This document shows positions 54,901-64,000 of a DNA stretch of 64,000 nt, piece by piece. Under the pieces are notes generated by a model. That model saw only the letters and a program-made list of their open reading frames with translations, had not been told where the DNA came from and made no database searches. Both the position numbers and the translations under genes were made by a program. Within the stretch, counting starts at the first letter, position 1. Each line of letters opens with the position of its first letter. Where the stretch lies: assembly GCA_040954595.2 (NCBI GenBank), contig CM082578.2, positions 1,470,831 to 1,534,830 of the forward strand, read 5' to 3'. Source of the DNA: Balanoglossus misakiensis (lineage: Eukaryota; Animalia; Hemichordata).

Positions 54901-55447
54901 CCCACTGTCGGCATGTTGGCACCCCCCCCCCCCTAGAAATTTTTCAGGGGGGGGGGCAGTGCCCTTTAAAATGATGTCATTCACATACTGAAGATACATG
55001 TATTAGTTACAATCCCCCTTGGCAGAGTGGAATCCCCTCCCCCAAATAATCTTTCAAAGGGGGACATTTCCCCCCCCCCCCCCATCCTTCATGAAACACT
55101 GCTGTATGCATCTTCTTTCTTTATTTCCATTTTATAGGATTTAGTGGACCCAATCCAGATGGCAGTGTGGAATATGATTATTCAGATGGCAGGAAAGGTA
55201 GTGTCTTTGATGGTCGATGGGCAGACACAGAACCTGATGCCCCCACTGGGCAATGTGTGAGGTTAAAGTAAACCTCTTTGAAAATAATTACCCATGGTAT
55301 CATGCAAGATGTGATGATGTCAGTCCGTCAATGTGTGAAGTAGCAGCTTGTGCTGAGGGTAAGTCTGATTCAAATCAACTAGAATCTGCCCTTACTAGCA
55401 TCAGGTCTTTACTTTTCTCACACTGCTGTGGTCACTTCCCTACACTA

Positions 55448-55710
55448 AGAGAGAGAGAGAGAGAGCAAAAGGGAGGGAGGGAGAGGGTGGGAGGGGAGAG
55501 TGAGAGGGGAGGGGGATCGAGGGGAGTGGGAGATCGAGGGGAGGGTGGGAGAAAGGGAGGGAGGGGAGGGGGGGTAAGAGAAAGGGAGAGGGAGAGAGAG
55601 GGGAGGGAGGATTGAGGGGAGAGGGTGGGAGGGAGGGAGAGGGGGAGGGAGAGAGCTAGAGAGGGAGGGGGAGGGAGGGAGAGTGGGTGGGAGGGAGAGA
55701 GTGAGAGAGT
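55448..55710. repeat. Purine-rich (GA/GGGA)n low-complexity tract, intronic
   Basis: Direct inspection. Confidence 0.9.
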
Positions 55711-58700
55711 CCCCTAAGCCATACAAGATATACATGTGATAGGATATTAAACTTTAAACATCTAGACTTGGAAGAGCTCACCACTAAAAGTTAAACAAAG
55801 GGGATCAGATGAGATCATGTCTCCCGCGGTGCAGAATGGTGTTATATTTGAAATTCAAAACGGAGGAGAGTTACTTCATTCTGGCCAGTAATTTTGTCCA
55901 CTCATTAATTGTATTGTTATCTTTAAATTATACTTTTAGACTTTTTATGTGAAACAGGTTTTCATGCTTATTTGTTAAAGCAGTTTTACTTTTGGCAGAG
56001 ATACAATATTGATCGTGTGATATTGTTCATAAACTTAAAAGCTTATGGGTTTGATACAAAAACTTTCATGTCCTTTCCTACATACAGAAAATTAATAAGA
56101 TATATCAGTATTATGACAAAAGTTAAAAAAATATCCATCAATGTAAATGTTATCTTTATTTTTTAAATAATTTTTGTTCAGGTGACTTTCGATGCTCCAA
56201 TGGTAATTGTATAAATCCTGACTGGGTTTGTGATGGTACAGTGGACTGTGGTGATGGTGATTTCTCTGATGAGATTGGATGTGCAGGTATGTTTTGGCAA
56301 GTGGTCTGAAACAATCATCTCTACGCTCTCCTCAACATCATTGCAAAGTGGGCCCAGGTGATGAGACCAAGTTTCCTAAATGTGTGGTATAGTGTACTTT
56401 TGGCTTGAAGTCATCATGCAAATGAATCTTGTAAATATGCGTGACAACTCTTATGTGCCAACCTCAAACTACTAGACCGTAATTTATTTGTATGATCATC
56501 TCCTTTGCAACTACAGACTACTTTTGAACTGTCAGCAGAAAGTCTGATCCTCAAAGAATTTCGTACTGTAAAACAGGAAATTTTCGCGAGTGATAAATAT
56601 TTCGCGAACTATGCGAGAGCCAAAAAACACGAAAATAAAAAAGTTGTGTAAAAATGTTTTTCGAAGATAACAATGCCGTGAAATATGAGAATGCGAAAAT
56701 CAATCATCGCATAAAAGTTATCACTTTTGATATCACGAAAAATTTCCTGTTTTACAGTATGTCATAATTATAAATCAGAAACAAAACTGGGTCAAGTATT
56801 TTAAGAATCTGGCATCTGTCACGCTGATAGTTTGAGCTTAGAGAATAATAATATGCTGTTCTTGGAATTTTCGGGTGTGATAAATGTCGTTTCAAAATTT
56901 TTACATTTGATTTATACTAATATAAAATTGGTTTTATACATGTACAATGGATACTCACTGTTGGTGAAGTAATTTTATCATCAATGAAATTTCTTCAACT
57001 TGAAGAGCAGAAGCTTTATGACCATTCATCACACAAATAAACCCTTTCTTTTTATTTTGATGATGTTCAGGAACATGTGGTGGTTTGGAAACTGGTGTCT
57101 CAGGGACCTTTCACAGCACTGGATACCCAGATGATAATTATTACATTCTACAAGAATGTATTTGGACAATCCAGGGACCTGCAACATCCAGAATAAAAAT
57201 TGAGGTACAGTAAAACTTGTCCAATCTGGAAACCTGCCTATACAGAACAACTTTTCCCATCCATTCGTCGTACAAACACAATTTTAAAGGAACCTCTATA
57301 AAATAAACTGGACACCTGTATTAAAAAGTTTCTTCCTTATAACAAACTATCTATAACTTCAGGCTAGTTTATCAGTATTTTTGTTTTGTGTATAAAACAC
57401 ATTTCCTGTCCTTATGAGTAACCCATCACACCCCTGCAGCTCTCTGCTTGTCAACAAGTCATGTGTATGTACTGACCATTGTTATTATTTACAAATGTTT
57501 TCAAACAACAACAATGCCAATTGTGCACTCATAGATTTCAATGAGAAGATTAAGACTATGGATTTAACTCTGCCCTGGGGAGCTGAACAAGAAACTATGG
57601 TTGATACACAGAATAGAAATACTGAAAAATGCAACAAGTTACAACTAATGGGGCTTAAGTCATGAATCTGTGTTTATTTTCATGTATATTGGCTTGAGAC
57701 AGCTCACTATGTATGATGTATGTTGTAACATTTTGTTTTTATTCTTTTCAGTTTCCGTATTTTGACACTGAACTTTATCATGATACTGTTGTCATTGTCG
57801 ATGGGTCTGTGTTTGACCAATCCAAAGTTCTTGCAATATATAGTGGACCGGACCAGCCTGATGAAGTTATTAGCAGTGGTAATGCAATGTTGGTGAAATT
57901 TCTCTCAGATAGTTCACATACTGCTACTGGCTTTGAAGCATCTTGGCAAGCAGGTAATACTAAGTTTTGTAAATGTACATACTTTAAAACGAGAAATTAA
58001 TGCTCTGTGTTTACCATAGGCAAATACTGTCTCTGAAACGTTTCAAATTTTACCCTGTGTGAACCAGGTATAACATTATAGATTGCACGTGTAGGCAATA
58101 TTGGCCCTACCTTGACTGTGATCTTGCTGATGTTCTGTTTGTGAGGTGTGTATGTTAAGATGACTTTTTCTTTCTTCCAGTGTATTCTTTGTGTGGTGGG
58201 AATTTCATAGCACAGTCATATAAACAGAATCTCAGCAGTACAGAATATTTTGAAGGCAAGAATTATCTCAACAATGAAGATTGTAACTGGCAGCTGGCAT
58301 CATTCACAACAGAATTTGTTGTCACTTTACAGGTAAATAGAAGACTACATGTAGATGAATTCATATTTTTACTCTTTTTAACCATTCATTTCATGTTATT
58401 AGTGGATTCAGATGCAATTAATCGTGTGAGTTGTTTGACAGCATGACAAAAATTAGTAATTGTATTTTTAAAAAAACATTTTATTTTTGTCATTTCTGGT
58501 CAATTCTCAGTAGCCACTTTTCTGATTTCTTAAAATTTGGTTTACAAGGACCAAGTATTTTTATTATGGTGTACATAAACATGTGTCAAATATCAATACT
58601 GGGGAGGAGGGGGGTGGGTAGTTTTAGACATTTTTGGTCCAAAAGTCCACTCATGTCAGAAACGGCTCTTCCAGTTGTTTTGGATTTTGGTTTATTGGGA

Positions 58701-61546
58701 TGTGAAAATATTCTTCATCAGATTTATTCTTATATTACCTCATCAATGCTAAAGGTGCCCTTATAGGGACAAAGTCTCTCTCTCTTGCTACCCTTTTCCC
58801 AGTTATTATGTTTGATACAAGACACCGTTTATGTTGTTCTACATGAGGATATATAGTGAATCAACATTCAACCATTTTTAGGATATGAGAGTAAAAATCT
58901 CGCCCAAAATGAAGCGGGATGGAATGTTGATTCACTATATATCCACATGTAGAATAACATAAACGATAATTAATCAAACGATAATTAATGGAAAAGGGGC
59001 AGCGAGAGAGAGACTTTGCCCCTTAATGGTTTTGTGTAGGAAATTGTGATCACTATGATTGTACGGTATGTCACATTTAAATGTACATATCAAATGGGAG
59101 CACAGTGTCTTTGATGCTATTTTTTATATCTTTTCAGTTTATCTCCTTTGCAACAGAAGATGGGGCTGATCAAGTGTCTGTATACGATGGCGCTGAACTG
59201 AATCCCGTCCTCCGACTTGCTTTATTTTCTGGGATGGAGTTACCCAATGTCATCATATCTTCCAAAAGTGTGATGAGAGTTGACTTTAAGAGTGATGATG
59301 CAGTTACAATGAGAGGTTTTCATGCACATTACTGGGCAGGTAGGTAACGCATTCAAATTGATCAAGATGTTGTTTGAATGAAGAGGCAATCAAGGATTCA
59401 TGATACAAGAGAATAATGTTTTATAGGGACAAAGTCTCTCTCTCTCTACCCTTTTTCCCGGAATTATGATGATACAATACAGCATTTATGTTATTCTACA
59501 TGTGGATATATAGTGAATGAACATTCAACCACACACAACTTCCATCCCACTTGTAGACATAAGAGTGAAAAAACTCGCCAAAATGAAAAATCGGTCTCTA
59601 CCGTTTATTCTTTTTGGCAAGATTTTTACTCTCATATCCTACAAACGGGATGGAAGTTGTGCGTGGTTGAATGTTCATTCACTATATATCCACATGTAGA
59701 ATTACATAAACAGTGTCTTGTATCAAACATAGTTATAGTGCAGGAGCTAAACCCAAAATTTTGGCATAATTGTGCACTTTGGGTTAAAAGCATGAAACTT
59801 GGTACACTTATGCATTGACCCATGGCGGCCATTTTCTGATATGGATCCAAAACGACAGCGCCCTCTAGCGGCCAGAAACAGACATTTATACTTTAAAATT
59901 GTACACTTCGGGTTAAAAGCATGAAATTTGGTACAATTATTCATTGACCCATGGCGGACATTTTCCAATATGGATCCAAAAAGACAGAGCCCTCCAGTGG
60001 CTAGAAACTGACATTTACACTTTTCCCCCCATTAATGACACTTTTTGGGCAAGTTTAACACTCAGAGACAGAAATGTGGGTTGTAAAACATGCTTGCTGC
60101 CATACATTCCTTTGAATATTATCCTAATCCTGATGTACATGTATCAGATCAATCTTGTATGTTACTAATTGAACGATTTGTTCTTCGAAATAACAGACCA
60201 GTTTTATTCACAAAGTCATGCAAAGGGGTAAGACAACACCTCTTCTCCAGAAAGTCAAGGGTTCTCGAGAATACAGGCAGCTCCTAAAGAACATGTGCTG
60301 TGAGAAACCTAGCAAAGCTATATCAAACCAACAGAATCCCAGTGGAAATGAAGTTAGACAACTCTTAGTCAAGCCCAAGAAAAGAGTCAACCACAGGAAA
60401 TCAGTTGCAAAAAGTCATACACATGTTTCTGTAGGTGCTTTAGATCTAGTCTTGCAGCAGTGGTCATTGTTACTGTGAAGGAAGATGTCATCAAGATTGA
60501 TCTGATACATGCATATCAGGATTAGGATAATATACACATGAATGTATGATACCAACCATGTTTTACAACCCATATTCCTGTTTCTGAGTGTTACAAATTA
60601 CCAAAAAGTGCCATTAATGGGGAAAGTGTGAATGTTAGTTTATGGTCACAAGAGGGCGCTGTCATTTTGGATCCATATCAGAAAATGGCCGCCATGGGTC
60701 AATGCATACGTGTACCAAGTTTCAGGCTTTAAACCCGAAGTGCACGGTTTTTAAGTATGAATGTATGTTTCTGGCCACTAGAGGGCGCTGTCATTTTGGA
60801 TCCATATCAGAAAATGGCCGCCATGGGTCAATGCATAAGTGTACCAAGTTTCATGCTTTTAACCCAAAGTGCACGATTTTTTGGTTAACTGCCCCACTAT
60901 AATGGAAAAAGGGCAGCGAGAGAGAGAAACTTTGTCCCTTTAAATCACTTAAAATCCTTCCCAAAGAATTTCAACCCAGTAAGAATTGTAAGGATCACAA
61001 ATATATCTTCCTTTGCCATTCTTTCTGGAGGTTTATAAGCTCATCTGATACTGGGTCATTATGGAACTTTTAACAGAAAAAATAACAAAATGTGAAAAAA
61101 AGTTAAATGAGTTTAATTTGCTTACTACATGTATAACGACAGAAATGTTTGACCTAAGGAAGTCATAAAATACAGTTAACAGTCATTTCTTCTATCGCTT
61201 ACGACTTTTTATCCAGAAGGCAATTATTATGTGATTTGATCCCCTAGCACGAAATAAAAGGCAGCCAGGATTACACCAAACCTGTGGATTGAATTAATTA
61301 TTTCTTGTTTGGTATTTTTTCTTCAAAGGTTGCCAGGGAATTGAAATTCTGCGTAGTTTTGGTACGATTCAGTCACCAGGCTTTGATGTTAGCACTTACC
61401 CTGATGATGTTATGTGTAGCTGGGTAATCAAGGAACCAACTGGAAGACCATTAACTCTTATCATTGATGACAACTTTGGATTAGAGAGGAACACAGATGT
61501 TGATTACATCATTGTAAGTATCAGATATGATCAGGAGTCAGCTATG

Positions 61547-64000
61547 TTAAAGGGACAAAGTCTCTCTCCCGCTGCCCTTTTTCCATTAATTATGTTGATA
61601 CAAGACACCGTTTGTGTTATTCTACATGTGGATATGTAGTGAATGAACGTTCAACCACATACAACTTCCATCCCACTTGTAGACACAAGAGTGAAAAACT
61701 CGCCAAAATGAATAATCGGTGATTACTGTTTATTCATTTTGGGCGAGTTTTTACTCTCATACCCTACAAATGGGATGGAAGTTGTTTGTGGTCGAAGGTT
61801 TATTACAAATGTATCTATATATCCACAGGTAGAATAACATAAACAGTGTCTTGTATCAAACATAATTAATGGAAAAAGGGCAGAGAGAGAGAGAGAGAGA
61901 GAGAGAGACTTTGTCCCTTTAATGCTGACAAAATTTTGTCATATTATTTTGCAGTGATTTTAGTTTGACAATTTTGGCAGACATTACTTCAAACTATACA
62001 ACTTTGGAACACAATTTTAAAATTCAATTAAACACATATATACTGTAAAACGGTAAACTTTTGCAACATGAAATTTTCGCGTTCTTGTATTTCACTGCAT
62101 CATTATCCCTGAAAAACATTTTTATGCGACTTTTTATTTTTTACCCTTTGATGGCTCTCGCATAGTTCACGAAAATTTATCATTTGCGAAAATTTCCCGT
62201 TTTACAGTATTTGAGTAGCTGTTACAGTAGGAAATGCAACAAGGATTGAATACTGTAAAACGGGACATGATAATTTTTCGCAAACTACGTGAGAGCCAAA
62301 AAACATGAAAATAAAGAGTCGCATAAAATGTTTTTTTCGGAGATAACTATGCAGTAAAATATGACAATGTGAAAATTAATTGTCGCGTAACAGTAGCCAC
62401 CTTTGATATCGCGAAAATTTCCTGTTGTGAAGATTTCCCGTTTTACGGTATCTACAATGCATGCTTTATTTGTCTTTGTTTCTGAAGGTATACAACGGTA
62501 CTGAGAGTGATGATGATGTCATTATTGGTCCATGGAGTGGCAATTCTGATGAAGTCATTGATGGCACATTGCCACCACCCGATTGCCGTACAGACATTGG
62601 ACACTTTTCGGTTGTGTTCAGGAGTAGTAGAACACGACCAGCTAAAGGATTCAGGGCGTCATTTTCACCAGGTATACATAACTTACTAACATTTCAGAAA
62701 AGGATGTTACAGAATTCTTAGAAACACGCACTCCCTTTATTCCTTATGATTTAGAGTCATTAAGTGAAAGGTGGAAAGATTTTTGAATATGCTTCGTTCA
62801 TTCTAAGAATGATCTAATTTCAGGGACTTGTGGATGAATTGTAATGTTTATAATCTTTACGGCCCTGATACGGGTTTTGTGGCCCGAGGTCGTACGGCGG
62901 AAGCGCCCGACCGCAGGGAGGGCGGGAATCGACGTACGACCGATGGCCGCAAAACCCGTATCAGGGCCGTAAAGGTTTTATCATATGCCTTATTGAACGA
63001 TAATCTACAAGAAACTAATAAAATACACATTCTGTAATATTTTGGAATGTAAATATTATGTGTTTATTATGTAAATATTATCTATCGTTTTGGAATGATC
63101 TATCCCGTAGCATAGAGGCGCATTCCTCCAGTTCTTGCGGATTGATATGCACGATGTCATTTGTTTATATTCTATTGCACGTGAGATATAGACGCGCTCG
63201 AACTCACAGAGCCGAGCGCGAGCAAAACATTATTTTTTCTTTGCGACGATCGACGCCGACAGTCACACATTAATCAAATCAAATCATCAATTTGACTATT
63301 CATATTTCCAAATAATGCTCTACAACATGCAGCGATTACGGGAGATGATGGGATTCGGTAGCGGCATAGGACATACACACACTGCAAGTGCACTAGTCAC
63401 TGACACCGCACCAGAAAAATTTAATTCCGAACGTAGCAATGACAACTTTCGAATCTCGCGCAATAAACACAAAACTAGATCCGGATATTGAACGCGTCTT
63501 CCAAATATGGTCACCGGGCCGGGGCGTGATAAGCAAAAAAACTGCAGGGATGTGAGGGCGCTTTTCCCCATAGACTTTACGTGGGCACGTGAATATATAT
63601 TTTAATGTGTGTGTTCTTGTTTTTTACTTCTCTTGCTGTGTTTTTATGGGCTACGAGCCTGAAATAAAGATTATTATTATTATAGGCATATGATAATAAA
63701 CATACAAATGCGGCACGACGACCCCTCACATTTATGAGTCAAAGTATTTGTCTGCATGCATTCTTATCATTGTGATCCTTGTTCTGACAGACTGTCCCGA
63801 AATTGTGATTGGTGAGGGCGTGGTGACCAGTACAGATGATAGAAGCTATGATGTCACTGTCTCATTCCAATGCTTGGATGGTTATCAGAAAGTGTCTGGT
63901 ACTGTCTCTTCTCTCTGGAAACTGGAATGAAGAGGATCCTCTCAAGTTACCAGCATGTCAAAGTAAGGCAATAGTGCACTATTCTTCGATATCAAATAAC
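61547..64000 (+). repeat. Segmental duplication of 2106-~4822 (copy C versus copy A)
   Basis: Collinear MITEs, CUB3b and sushi exons; the copies differ by lineage-specific TE insertions and small indels. Confidence 0.95.
63598..63680 (+). mobile_element. 5'-truncated LINE/SINE 3' tail (...CTGAAATAAAG(ATT)n)
   Basis: Present only in copy C (empty site at ~4137), with AATAAA plus an ATT tail and TATA flanks. Confidence 0.6.

Larger units (their letters stand above)
54538..63962 (+). pseudogene. uif: uif-like copy C: C-type lectin (54538-54656, 55138-55358), LDLa (56182-56286), CUB1 (57071-57204, 57752-57953), CUB2 (58181-58332, 59138-59339), CUB3 (61329-61513, 62488-62671), sushi (63791-63962); probably continues beyond the window
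   Basis: GGHLTVIEGYSEN...WIG and W...EP...QCV...W...C...MCE (lectin). A 1-bp loss at ~55258 (exon is 221 bp) and a 14-bp deletion at ~63915 both frameshift. Confidence 0.8.

Noticed and set aside
55359-55735. Arg/Gly/Glu-rich and Pro/Ser/Leu-rich ORFs
   Set aside because: They are read-through into a GA-rich low-complexity intron; the real exon ends at 55358.

Overview
AT-rich, intron-rich animal genomic DNA, probably from a marine invertebrate (taxon not determinable here). The window is a mosaic of near-identical segmental duplications of a giant uninflatable (uif)/SVEP1-like extracellular receptor gene, all on the + strand. Copy A (~3.0-36.2 kb) runs CUB-sushi-EGF-...-HYR-GCC2/3-EGF-pentraxin/LamG-HYR. 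Copy B (47.2-52.2 kb) has LDLa-CUB-CUB. Copy C (54.5 kb to the end) has C-type lectin-LDLa-3xCUB-sushi. A 5'-truncated GDAP2 fragment (CRAL-TRIO exons, 42.3-46.3 kb) lies between A and B. Every copy carries stops or frameshifts, so these are probably pseudogenes or contain assembly errors. The most striking feature is a ~10 kb, 13-exon cassette inserted inside one sushi domain of copy A. It encodes Thr-rich mucin stalks, two tandem intron-containing expansin-like domains (DPBB + CBM63, EXLX1/YoaJ-like) and a duplicated uif SEA-like module, and it is closed by an exon with an RKRR furin site. The introns hold many transposons: a piggyBac 3' end, Kolobok-, Tc1/pogo- and hAT-like MITEs, three nested Helentron-type elements, hairpin-terminated elements, and a Penelope-like remnant with a minimal hammerhead ribozyme. 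All coordinates and family assignments come from manual reading; no database searches were run.
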